NCBI GenBank assembly: GCA_017397825.1
Contig: JAFQHT010000145.1
Coordinates: 1,024-65,023 of the forward strand
Reading direction: 5' to 3'
Source: Bacillota bacterium
GTDB taxonomy: Bacteria; Bacillota; Clostridia; Peptostreptococcales; Anaerovoracaceae
DNA: 64,000 nucleotides
The notes below the pieces were generated by a model, which ran no database searches, was not told where the DNA came from, and saw nothing but the letters and a program-made list of their open reading frames with translations. Positions 54,644-64,000 of the stretch are shown piece by piece (within the stretch, counting starts at the first letter, position 1; each line of letters opens with the position of its first letter). A program made the position numbers and the translations under genes.

Positions 54644-56414
54644 CGTCTTCTGCCTCCTTGCTTACTAAATCTGAAATTGCGGCCTTCATTTCACCCATGA
54701 GAGCTTCGAATGACTGGTCAATTTTTTCTTCTTCAATGTATTTGAAACGGCCGATGCTTTCGCGTACTTCCAGGGAAGAAAGTTTGCCGAAGTTAGCACC
54801 TTTCTTAATAGCGTCCTTACCCAGTTCATAGAAGCTGAGGATCAGCTTAAGCAGTTTGTACTGCTTGTTCATGGAAGTGAATGTGTCCACATCGTGGAAA
54901 GCGTTCTGGTGCAGGTAGTCTTCTCTGATGGACTTGGCAACTTCAAGTTTCAGTCTGTCTTCGAAGGAAAGTGAGTCTACACCTACCAGCTGAACGATTT
55001 CGTTGAGTTCTGCTTCTTCCTGCAGTAGTGTGATTGTTTCAAGACGCATTACCGGGAAGTCCTTGGCAACATTGTCTTCGTACCATTTTTCCAGCCTGTC
55101 AACATACAGTGAGTAACTCTGCAGCCAGTTGATTGCAGGGAAGTGTCTCTTGTACGCCAGCTGGGAGTCCAGACACCAGAATACCTTTACGATTCTGAGA
55201 GTTGCCTGGGATACCGGTTCAGAAATGTCACCGCCCGGAGGAGATACTGCTCCGATAGCAGAAAGGGCTCCGAGTCTTCCTTCCTTACCAAGTGAGATTG
55301 TACGGCCTGCTCTTTCGTAGAACTGAGCAAGTCTTGATGCAAGGTACGCAGGGTAACCTTCTTCGCCAGGCATTTCTTCAAGACGACCGGACATTTCACG
55401 GAGAGCTTCCGCCCATCTGGAAGTGGAGTCAGCCATAAGAGCTACGGAGTAACCCATATCTCTGAAGTATTCTGCAATTGTGATACCTGTATAAATGGAT
55501 GCTTCTCGCGCTGCTACCGGCATGTCGGAAGTGTTTGCGATAAGCACTGTTCTCTTCATGAGGGATTCACCTGTACGAGGGTCGTTAAGTTCAGGGAATT
55601 CCATGAGTACGTCAGTCATTTCGTTTCCACGTTCGCCGCAGCCGATGTAAACTACAATGTCCGCATCTGCCCACTTTGCCAGCTGGTGCTGAACTACAGT
55701 CTTACCTGAGCCGAAAGGTCCGGGAACTGCTGCCACACCGCCTTTGGCGATAGGGAACATGGTATCGATAACTCTCTGTCCTGTGATAAGAGGCATTTCA
55801 GGAACCAGTTTTTCCTTATATGGTCTGCCCCTTCTTACCGGCCATTTCTGCATCATGGTCAGGTCGCGGATACTGCCGTCAGCAAGTCTTACTTTACACA
55901 CAGTTTCTTCTACAGTAAAGTCACCCTCTTCGATGGACTCGATTACGCCCTTCACTCCGTAAGGAACCATGATTCTCTGCTGCACGATTACAGTTTCCTG
56001 AACTGTACCGATAATATCGCCGGCTTCTACTTCGTCGCCCACCTGTGCAGTAGGCACGAAAGTCCATTTCTTTTCTCTGGAAAGTGCAGGGACCTTGATA
56101 CCTCTTGTGATGTTGGCACCAACCTGCTTAACCATTTCTTCCAGGGGTCTCTGAATACCGTCGTACATGGTTTCGATGAGGCCGGGACCCAGTTCAACAG
56201 AAAGAGGTGCACCTGTGGTAACTACCGGTACTCCCGGTCCGATGCCTGCTGTTTCTTCATATACCTGTATGGAGGCTCTGTCTCCTCTCATTTCGATAAT
56301 TTCTCCGATAAGGCCCTGCTCACCTACGTGAACCACGTCGAACATGTTGGCCTCTTCCATACCGGTTGCAACAACCAGAGGACCGGATACTTTCAATACT
56401 TTTCCTTGACTCAT
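54636..56414 (-). CDS. ntpA: V-type ATPase catalytic subunit A
   Basis: 592 aa. Walker [10 protein letters not shown] and [10 protein letters not shown]. Confidence 0.9.
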   Translation of the reverse strand: MSQGKVLKVSGPLVVATGMEEANMFDVVHVGEQGLIGEIIEMRGDRASIQVYEETAGIGPGVPVVTTGAPLSVELGPGLIETMYDGIQRPLEEMVKQVGANITRGIKVPALSREKKWTFVPTAQVGDEVEAGDIIGTVQETVIVQQRIMVPYGVKGVIESIEEGDFTVEETVCKVRLADGSIRDLTMMQKWPVRRGRPYKEKLVPEMPLITGQRVIDTMFPIAKGGVAAVPGPFGSGKTVVQHQLAKWADADIVVYIGCGERGNEMTDVLMEFPELNDPRTGESLMKRTVLIANTSDMPVAAREASIYTGITIAEYFRDMGYSVALMADSTSRWAEALREMSGRLEEMPGEEGYPAYLASRLAQFYERAGRTISLGKEGRLGALSAIGAVSPPGGDISEPVSQATLRIVKVFWCLDSQLAYKRHFPAINWLQSYSLYVDRLEKWYEDNVAKDFPVMRLETITLLQEEAELNEIVQLVGVDSLSFEDRLKLEVAKSIREDYLHQNAFHDVDTFTSMNKQYKLLKLILSFYELGKDAIKKGANFGKLSSLEVRESIGRFKYIEEEKIDQSFEALMGEMKAAISDLVSKEAEDDD

Positions 56415-56416
56415 TA

Positions 56417-56740
56417 TTAGTTTTCACCTCCAAATAGTATGTCTGCTCCGACAGCTCTTTCTACTGACTTCTTCACGCTGCTCATTCCGATGCCGAGACT
56501 GCCGTCCTTGTTAGGAACCGGAATGATTGCAGGAAGTCTGGAGTCTTTATATTCTTCGATTACTTCGTCCATGTACTGATATAACTGTTCTGTTATATAG
56601 ATGATGGCGAAGTCTTCTTTCGCAATTTTCTTTAAAATCTTTTCGGCTTCTTCAGCCTGGTCACAAGGGAAAACTTCCAGGCCTACGGCTTTAAAGCCCA
56701 GGATGCTCTCCCGATCGCCTATAACACCTATTTTATACAT
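56417..56740 (-). CDS. V-type ATPase subunit F
   Basis: 107 aa. [23 protein letters not shown] is a typical F-subunit N-terminus. Confidence 0.8.
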   Translation of the reverse strand: MYKIGVIGDRESILGFKAVGLEVFPCDQAEEAEKILKKIAKEDFAIIYITEQLYQYMDEVIEEYKDSRLPAIIPVPNKDGSLGIGMSSVKKSVERAVGADILFGGEN

Positions 56741-57740
56741 AAGTTTCCCTCAGTCTTTCTTTGATAACCTCAGGAGCTGTTCCCGCAAGCTTGCCGGTGA
56801 GAATCACTCTGAGATTTTTGATTTCACTTTCCTTGCCGATTAAGAAACCCATAACAGGCTCAATTCCGAATGAAACGTAGTGTGCGTCTTTTACATACTT
56901 AATCTTCATATCGTCACAAAGTTTCTCAAGCAGGGTGTACTTCTTGGTATCACGCACCGCTGCGGCACCACTGGCAAAAACTTCTCTGAAACCATAAGGT
57001 GCAAGTTTGTCTGCCAGCTGCTGGTAGCTTTCTTCGTAGGAGCCGGTAAAGGTTCTTTCGTCGATTGCTCCGCCTTCCAGGAAAACTTTCTGGAAAAAGG
57101 CCCAAGGCTTGCCTATTTCTCTTAATCTTATGAAAGTGTTTACGTTTAATATATCAATAAGCAGCTTCACATATCCGATGATAAATTCATTGCCTGCCGC
57201 CTCAGCTGCACTCAGCATATCCCTGTAACATGCCCTGTCGAGGATAATATCGATTTCCTGCGGGTCTCTTCCCTTGGAAAACATATCTATAGCCTCTTCA
57301 ATGGCGTGTTTCATTTCAAGAGACAGGAACGCCATGTTTCTTTCCTTTACCATCTGTGCCAGTTTTTCAGGCTCAATTGAACCTGTTGTTACCATGTATG
57401 GTGCAGGATCAATTCCCAGAAACTCTGCCTTCAGCAGAACTTTGGCATTGTGGTAATCGTTTGGATATAAGAAAAGTTCCAGTTCGGTTCTGTCAGGCAC
57501 AACTGAGAATACCAGGTCATATACCCGGCTCAGCTCTGCCCTCAGAACTTTTTCAAATTCTCTTGGGTTTGCCAGTTCCTTGCCGTCACCGTAGCCGAAT
57601 TCGCCCAGAATATTCATGGCGCCGTTAAACTGCTTGGCCTCCAGTACTCTGGTCAGATCTGCTGCTGACAGCAAAGTTTTTTCATTACTTCTTATAACTG
57701 CACAAGGAAATGCGTATGCGTCTTCTTTACGTCTGGTCAT
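56733..57740 (-). CDS. ntpC: V-type ATPase subunit C (d-type)
   Basis: 335 aa. Assigned from operon position and length. Confidence 0.75.
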   Translation of the reverse strand: MTRRKEDAYAFPCAVIRSNEKTLLSAADLTRVLEAKQFNGAMNILGEFGYGDGKELANPREFEKVLRAELSRVYDLVFSVVPDRTELELFLYPNDYHNAKVLLKAEFLGIDPAPYMVTTGSIEPEKLAQMVKERNMAFLSLEMKHAIEEAIDMFSKGRDPQEIDIILDRACYRDMLSAAEAAGNEFIIGYVKLLIDILNVNTFIRLREIGKPWAFFQKVFLEGGAIDERTFTGSYEESYQQLADKLAPYGFREVFASGAAAVRDTKKYTLLEKLCDDMKIKYVKDAHYVSFGIEPVMGFLIGKESEIKNLRVILTGKLAGTAPEVIKERLRETYV

Positions 57741-57755
57741 AAGACCCTCCTTTCC

Positions 57756-58376
57756 TTATGCCGGAAAAAGCATTTTTACGATTTCGCCTGTAAGGGCTGA
57801 TTTATTTTCGTCCACCAGAGCTTCCACTGTATTGTTTATGAAAGTCTGACCGGCTTTAAGCATATAGCCTCCGCGCAGGTTTCTTGTTTCATCGGCCACA
57901 GTAAACTGTCCGCCGTCAATTGCCGCGTTAAGGGCATCTGCCACTTTCTGTCCGATTGCTGCTTTTTCCTTTTCGTTGAAAATCAGCTGTCCTGCTTTAA
58001 TGCCGCTGCCGGTGCCAAGTTTCACAAGCAGATTGATATAATCAACTTCTTCCATGGCAGTAATTGCTTCCACAGCCTTATCAAAAGTTTCCGCGATGAT
58101 TTCCTGCTTTTTAGCCAGGATAACCTTACGGCTGTCAATGTCGGCTACGGATTTGCGGCGGCTGATAACCTTCGCTTTTTCTTCAAGGCCGCGGGCCTCG
58201 CTGTCAGCAATGAGCTGCTTTGCTTTGGCTTCAGCTTCAGCCAGGACTGCATCGCTTTTATCTTTCGCTTCAGCCAGGACCTGAGCTTTCAGGTCTTCCG
58301 CTTCTGCAAGAATTTTCGATGTAATCTTTTCGATACTCACGTCTATTTCCTCCTTCTTGTGGAGTTTAAAATCCAC
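57756..58376 (-). CDS. ntpE: V-type ATPase subunit E
   Basis: A/E/K-rich coiled-coil N-terminus. The operon position fits. Confidence 0.75.
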   Translation of the reverse strand: MDFKLHKKEEIDVSIEKITSKILAEAEDLKAQVLAEAKDKSDAVLAEAEAKAKQLIADSEARGLEEKAKVISRRKSVADIDSRKVILAKKQEIIAETFDKAVEAITAMEEVDYINLLVKLGTGSGIKAGQLIFNEKEKAAIGQKVADALNAAIDGGQFTVADETRNLRGGYMLKAGQTFINNTVEALVDENKSALTGEIVKMLFPA

Positions 58377-58389
58377 TTACTGTTTCCGA

Positions 58390-58884
<495 letters not shown>

Positions 58885-60861
58885 TTATTTATCTTCTTCA
58901 ATTTTAATATACTTGGTCTTCTTGCGGAAAGGATTAAACGGTTCGCCGCCGTCTTCGTAGAACTTTCCGAAGAATTCAACATACTGCAGTCGGCTTGCGT
59001 GGATAAATGCTCCCAGCACATTGATTGCAATGTTAAGCGTATGTCCTACAATAAATACCAGTACCAGAACAATCGCACCAACTACAGTGTCGCCGAAAAG
59101 GGACCCCATAGTATTTACTACCTGTGCAATTACCCCTGTGGCCAGTCCCAGTGCAAGCAGTCTTGCATAGGAAAGGATGTCGGACATGTAGCTTGTTATA
59201 TTATAGACATTACCCAGACCTCCGGTTATTTTGCCGATGCCCTTGTTATGCCTGCCTCCTGTAAGGAGCAGGCCTGCAATACCGATGATGGACATCCACT
59301 TGCCTATTCCTGTAAGTCCAGGTGATACCATTCCGCCGCCCAGCCATGCGATAAGGCCGATGATTGTCAGGTACCAGAAACCTTCATCACAGATTGCATC
59401 AAGCCATTTACCTTCTTTAATCTGCATATATGCCTTGATACCCATACCTGTAAACAGGTGCACAATACCCAGTGCCAGTGAAATTATCAAAAGCTTCATC
59501 GGGTCATCCAGCGGGTTGAACCAGATTGGCTGAATTGTAATTTCTTTTCCGAGGAACAGCCCTGAAAACACAGTCACGATATCGCCGAACCAGCCTCCGA
59601 ACAGTGCGCCCCATATTGTGGTTGAAATTCCGCAGTAGAAGAACAACTTGATCATCTTGTACATGGTCCCTTCAAGATCGAACTTCTTAAGAATTACGAA
59701 ACAGGCAACTGCCATAAGAATTCCATATCCAGCATCGGAAAGCATGATACCGAAGAATACAGCATAGAAAATTGAAAATATGCTGGTCGGGTCAAAACCG
59801 GTATATGCCGGCAGTGAGTACATTTCTGTAATTGCTTCAAAAGGTACTACCATGCTGCTGTTTTCCATGAGTACAGGAACGTCTTCATCTTCCTGCGGGT
59901 CTCTGAACTGATAGTAGCAGCCGTTTTCATCGAGAATAACTTTTACGTCTTCCACACATCTTGCAGGAACCCAGCCTTCGATGAAAAATGTCTTTCTGGT
60001 CTTAAGTAATTTACTTCTGATTTTTTCTTTGTCCAGTCTGATTGTCAGCATGTCGGCATATTCCTCAATGCTTTCTTTCAGATTGCTGTTTGCACCAATC
60101 TCCGCAGCAATGTCAGCAATGGTGCTGTTTAATTCTTCTTTTTCCCCTTCGATTCTTTTCAGGTTGGCCGAAACCGTACCTTCAAAACCTTTGAACGATA
60201 CCTGAGAAAAACCATTCTGCTTTAATGTGGCCAGGACCTCTTCCTGACAATCCTTCGGCATCATTGCCGCTGTATAATGCATATCTTTGTCGCTGCTCAC
60301 AACTCTGAATGCTACAGTACCGATTTCTTCTTCAAGCTGGTTTGCAAGCGCTGTCATATCAGCTGCTGCAGGAAGTACACCCATATATACTGCCGTCTGG
60401 CGTGTGCTTTCCAGCTCAAGAGGCAGGTCGTATTCTGCCCAAGGATTAAGTGAAACTGTGTCAGTTTCCAGCTTGTTGAGCTTTTCCGTTGCCTGACTTA
60501 TCTGGTCGTTGAGACCAAGGATAAAATCAGTCCTGCCGGCAAACTCTTCTTCCCCGGATATAATCTCTTCCATCCGGTCTTCCTTGATTTTACGGCGAGT
60601 CTTGAAAAGCGGATTCTTCAGGTTTCCGTACTTTTCAATAACCTCCAGAGCCTGTTCAGCTCTGTTGATTCTGCCTTCCAGCAGACTTACTGTTTCCTGA
60701 TCTTCATCGGGAACTACAGTGGCTGCCCAGTTCTCATCGGAAAGCTTGGCGGACTGGTCTGTAAGTTCCACAGCGCCGAAGTCCATCAGCTGGTTTATCA
60801 GTTTCTCTTTTTCGGATTCAAGGCCAATTACAGCAATACGTTGCATGTTAATTATTGACAC
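58885..60861 (-). CDS. ntpI: V-type ATPase subunit I (a-type stator)
   Basis: 658 aa. Soluble N-terminal half and a polytopic C-terminal half. Confidence 0.85.
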   Translation of the reverse strand: MSIINMQRIAVIGLESEKEKLINQLMDFGAVELTDQSAKLSDENWAATVVPDEDQETVSLLEGRINRAEQALEVIEKYGNLKNPLFKTRRKIKEDRMEEIISGEEEFAGRTDFILGLNDQISQATEKLNKLETDTVSLNPWAEYDLPLELESTRQTAVYMGVLPAAADMTALANQLEEEIGTVAFRVVSSDKDMHYTAAMMPKDCQEEVLATLKQNGFSQVSFKGFEGTVSANLKRIEGEKEELNSTIADIAAEIGANSNLKESIEEYADMLTIRLDKEKIRSKLLKTRKTFFIEGWVPARCVEDVKVILDENGCYYQFRDPQEDEDVPVLMENSSMVVPFEAITEMYSLPAYTGFDPTSIFSIFYAVFFGIMLSDAGYGILMAVACFVILKKFDLEGTMYKMIKLFFYCGISTTIWGALFGGWFGDIVTVFSGLFLGKEITIQPIWFNPLDDPMKLLIISLALGIVHLFTGMGIKAYMQIKEGKWLDAICDEGFWYLTIIGLIAWLGGGMVSPGLTGIGKWMSIIGIAGLLLTGGRHNKGIGKITGGLGNVYNITSYMSDILSYARLLALGLATGVIAQVVNTMGSLFGDTVVGAIVLVLVFIVGHTLNIAINVLGAFIHASRLQYVEFFGKFYEDGGEPFNPFRKKTKYIKIEEDK

Positions 60862-61174
60862 TTGACATCACGATCCTTTCTGATATAAATTTTACAATCT
60901 GGTCCTGCTTATTGCCGGCTTCTGCTGCCATCTGTTCACATGCCTTTCCGGCCTGCGCAATGGCTTCATCATATTCTGACTGAGCCTTTTCCTGCCCGTC
61001 AGCTACCAATGCTGCGAAACAGTCCTTGGCCTTGGCCTCTGCTTCGCTGATGATTCTGCCGGCTTCAGTGTTTGCTTGTTCTATCAGCTTGCGGGCCTGA
61101 ACTCTGGCGTCTTTTTTCAAAGCGTCTGCCTGGTCTTCAGCCTGTCTGATAATGTTTAATTCTTCCGTAAACAC
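60848..61174 (-). CDS. V-type ATPase small peripheral-stalk subunit (G/H-like)
   Basis: 108 aa. A/E/K-rich helix. First gene of the operon. Confidence 0.6.
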   Translation of the reverse strand: MFTEELNIIRQAEDQADALKKDARVQARKLIEQANTEAGRIISEAEAKAKDCFAALVADGQEKAQSEYDEAIAQAGKACEQMAAEAGNKQDQIVKFISERIVMSSVNN

Positions 61175-61334
61175 CTTTGCTGCCTCCTTATTACTTATTT
61201 CTCAAATCCCTCTATAATCGATTTCGCTATAATCGGACTTTTCCCTATTCTAATCATACCACAAAAGTAACCATTTAAACCACTAAATTATTATAATAAT
61301 AGTAAAAAAATTTTGTAAACTAAAACAAAACCCG

Positions 61335-62288
61335 CTACAGTTTTGCAGCGAGTTCTTCAATTCGTCTCAAACGGTTATTTATTCCTGATTTTTTAAGTGG
61401 CGGGTCGCAAAGCTCTCCAAGAGCAGCTATGGACATGTCGGGATGTTCAAGTCTGAGCAGAGCAACTTCTCTCAGCTTATCATTAAGGCTGTCCAGGCCT
61501 TTGATTTCATCGATTTTTTTAATAGCTTCCACCTGTTTCATTGAAGCTTCTATACTACGGTCCATGTTGGCACTGTCGCAGTTACTCATGCGCTTGGCCG
61601 AATTGACCATTTCCTTTTTAATACGGGTTTCTTCCAGGCTGAAAACCTGATTGCTGGCACCCATGATTGCCAGGGTGTCGCTGATATAATCCGCCTTCTT
61701 CATGTATACCACATGCTTCTTGCCTCTCTGTACAACTTTGCAGGAAAGGTCCACGAAGGAATTAATCATCTTTTTCAGGTCGTTTGCCATGGTCGGTGAG
61801 TCGAGTACGAATTCCAGGTCATAACTTTTTTCAGGGTCGCTCATGGTGCCCGATGCCAGGAAAACACCACGCAGATAGGCTTTTTTGCAGCACTTGGTTC
61901 TGATAATACCCGCATAAATGCCGTCAGAAATATAGTTATTTCCTTCCTTGATCAGAAGGATGCCGCACTCACGGAGAATCTGCTCGGAAAGGTTTTCGTG
62001 GTCTATATTTATGCTGTATGAAAACTTGCTGCTGCGGCTCTTGCCTACACCGTGGCCCTCACCGATTTCAAGGGTAGTTTCAATACCGAAATAGTCCTGA
62101 ATCAGCTTCTTGTAGTGCCGGGCAACTGCAGGATTCTCAGTAGTAATTTTAATTTTGAATTTACCGAAGCCTGCCAGGCCGATACTTCCGGCCACGCGGA
62201 TAAAGCCGGCGATTTCAGCCAGCATACAGCACTTTTTTTCAGGTTCGATGTGAGCCAGTTCGTTTTTTGTATCTGAAGCAAATGACAT
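61335..62288 (-). CDS. whiA: DNA-binding protein WhiA
   Basis: MSFASDTKNELAHIEPEKKCCMLAEIAGFIR. C-terminal HTH with LRLEHPDMSIAALGE. Confidence 0.85.
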   Translation of the reverse strand: MSFASDTKNELAHIEPEKKCCMLAEIAGFIRVAGSIGLAGFGKFKIKITTENPAVARHYKKLIQDYFGIETTLEIGEGHGVGKSRSSKFSYSINIDHENLSEQILRECGILLIKEGNNYISDGIYAGIIRTKCCKKAYLRGVFLASGTMSDPEKSYDLEFVLDSPTMANDLKKMINSFVDLSCKVVQRGKKHVVYMKKADYISDTLAIMGASNQVFSLEETRIKKEMVNSAKRMSNCDSANMDRSIEASMKQVEAIKKIDEIKGLDSLNDKLREVALLRLEHPDMSIAALGELCDPPLKKSGINNRLRRIEELAAKL

Positions 62289-62441
62289 GTTGTGATGTTC
62301 TCCGTTTCTGCTGTTTTCTCTGTATTTTTCAGTATACCTTATGTACTGCAAAATGTGCAAGATTTTTATGCAAAACATGTTGACTTTACTTGTTTACTTT
62401 GATAAAGTAGTGAAGTAATATTTTCACAGGAGATATGAACT

Positions 62442-63548
62442 ATGCAGATTGACCCAAAAGTTTTAAAAGCAGATGAACAGGCAGCATACGCTCTGCGCTC
62501 TTTGTACCGCCGTTTCGGATACTGCCAGTACAACATGAGTAAATTTGAAGAATACTCACTTTATGCCAGAAACAAAGACTTCCTCGTTTCTGACGCAATC
62601 ATTTCTTTTACAGACACTCACGGCCGCCTCATGGCACTTAAGCCTGACGTGACCCTTTCTATTATAAATAATTCAAAAGACGCTCCGGGACATGTCCATA
62701 AAATGTATTACGACGAAAACGTTTACAGACTTCCCAAAGGCGCCCATTCTTTCAAGGAAATCAAGCAGACCGGACTGGAATGTATCGGCGATATCACCGC
62801 CCTTGAAGTCGGCGAAGTGATTATGCTGGCCCACCGCAGTCTGGAAAGTATTTCCCCGGACTACATATTCGAAATATCACATGTAGGCCTTCTGGATGCC
62901 CTTCTGGCAGAATCCGTTCTTTCACATTCAGCACAGAAAAAAGTCCTCAGCTGTATCATCAGCAAAAACTCTGACGAACTGGAATTTATCTGCAGTGAAG
63001 AAAGGATTTCTGGTCAGGCACGCGATAAACTCGGTGTGTTCTTCAGAAACTACGCTTCATTTGATGATGCAGTTTCTGCTTTCAGCAAAGTCTGCACTTC
63101 GGAGGAAGCAGTCCATATGCTGGGCGAATTCCGTCAGGCACTTGATTTTATCACTGCCATGGGCTTCGCCGGTAAAACCAGAATCAACTTTTCACTGACC
63201 AACAATATGAACTACTACAGCGGAATCGCTTTCCGCGGTTACATACAGGGCATACCTTCCGGTATCCTGTCAGGAGGTCAGTACGACAACCTTATGAAAC
63301 GTATGGGCAGAAAGTCCAGAGCCATTGGATTCGCAGTGTATCTGGATGCCCTCAAAAGATTGGATAATGACGATAAAGAATACGATGTTGACGTAATACT
63401 TCTGGCAGGAGATGATGTGGCCGCAGCTGTGAAAGCGGCTGAAACACTTTCCTTCGACAACACCTCTGTACGTATATGCAGTGAAATCCCTCAGGGTGTC
63501 CGCTGCCGCCAGATTCTCAGCATCGCAGGCAAAGGAGCAGAAAAATAA
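62442..63548 (+). CDS. hisZ: ATP phosphoribosyltransferase regulatory subunit
   Basis: HisRS-like fold without an anticodon domain. Directly followed by hisG, with an ATG 2 nt after the stop. Confidence 0.8.
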   Translation: MQIDPKVLKADEQAAYALRSLYRRFGYCQYNMSKFEEYSLYARNKDFLVSDAIISFTDTHGRLMALKPDVTLSIINNSKDAPGHVHKMYYDENVYRLPKGAHSFKEIKQTGLECIGDITALEVGEVIMLAHRSLESISPDYIFEISHVGLLDALLAESVLSHSAQKKVLSCIISKNSDELEFICSEERISGQARDKLGVFFRNYASFDDAVSAFSKVCTSEEAVHMLGEFRQALDFITAMGFAGKTRINFSLTNNMNYYSGIAFRGYIQGIPSGILSGGQYDNLMKRMGRKSRAIGFAVYLDALKRLDNDDKEYDVDVILLAGDDVAAAVKAAETLSFDNTSVRICSEIPQGVRCRQILSIAGKGAEK

Positions 63549-63549
63549 A

Positions 63550-64000
63550 ATGGAAATGATAGATATCGCCCTTCCCAAGGGCAGACTTGGCGAAAAGGTT
63601 TACGACATGTTCGAGGCAGCCGGATTTGAATGTCCGTCCATCCGCGAAGAAAACCGTAAACTTATATTTGAAAACGAAAATCTTGGGCTGAGATTTTTCT
63701 GGGTAAAACCTTCAGACGTGGCCATTTACGTAGAAAGAGGCGCCGCAGACATCGGTGTTGCCGGCAAGGATATTCTGCTGGAATACGTCCCTGATGTTTA
63801 CGAACTTCTGGACCTGAATATCGGCAAATGCCGCATGGCTGTAGCCGCAAAAAAAGATTTCCGTGACAACAGCGATGCCCCTCTCCGCGTTGCAACTAAA
63901 TTCTCAAGAATCGCAGAAGAATTTTATGCTAAAAAATGCAGGGAAATAGACATTATCCACCTTAACGGGTCCATTGAAATCGCCCCTATTCTGGGACTTT
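63550..64000 (+). CDS. hisG: ATP phosphoribosyltransferase (short form), 3'-truncated by the window
   Basis: Hand translation: MEMIDIALPKGRLGEKVYDMFEAAGFECPS...DIGVAGKDILLE. Confidence 0.8.
   Translation, partial: MEMIDIALPKGRLGEKVYDMFEAAGFECPSIREENRKLIFENENLGLRFFWVKPSDVAIYVERGAADIGVAGKDILLEYVPDVYELLDLNIGKCRMAVAAKKDFRDNSDAPLRVATKFSRIAEEFYAKKCREIDIIHLNGSIEIAPILGL

Overview
This looks like a Firmicutes (Clostridia/Lachnospiraceae-like) chromosomal window. The flanks (about 1-3330 and 48640-64000) are housekeeping. They hold a sugar-type ABC binding lipoprotein, a LuxR-type regulator, rlmD, an acyl-CoA thioesterase, thiamine pyrophosphokinase, a nine-gene V-type ATPase operon, whiA and hisZ-hisG. 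Between the flanks lies a ~45-kb integrative conjugative element (ICE). Its left end has a large serine recombinase. Its right end has RepA_N/ParA/ParB. In between is a Gram-positive type-IV secretion and relaxase module: VirB4, VirB6-like, PrgI-like, CHAP hydrolase, VirD4, PcfB, a MobA/VirD2-type relaxase and MobC. An AbiEi/AbiEii pair is inserted in that module, and a 2126-aa thioester/isopeptide LPXTG-type adhesin sits beside it. The most interesting part is the ICE cargo (about 6250-23870), all on the minus strand. It contains a long operon that appears to be led by a truncated-type cobalamin riboswitch. The operon encodes two small HEARO-like paralogs, a 1572-aa secreted protein with an internal DUF4430 (transcobalamin-C-terminal-like) domain, an ECF transporter (EcfT, fused EcfA-A', an unusually large S-like component), a membrane-tethered DUF4430 protein and a secreted prenyltransferase-like alpha/alpha-toroid protein. 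Together this reads as a mobile, B12-regulated corrinoid capture and uptake system built around a split transcobalamin-like binder. A second, textbook cobalamin riboswitch in the same cargo controls a monocistronic 99-aa protein of unknown function. Other unexplained structure includes twin 24-bp palindromes, an 11-bp-phased CTTCAA repeat array, a 25-bp duplication scar around a truncated gene, and a GC-rich ORF-free island next to the recombinase. All family assignments come from reading motifs by eye. No searches were run.
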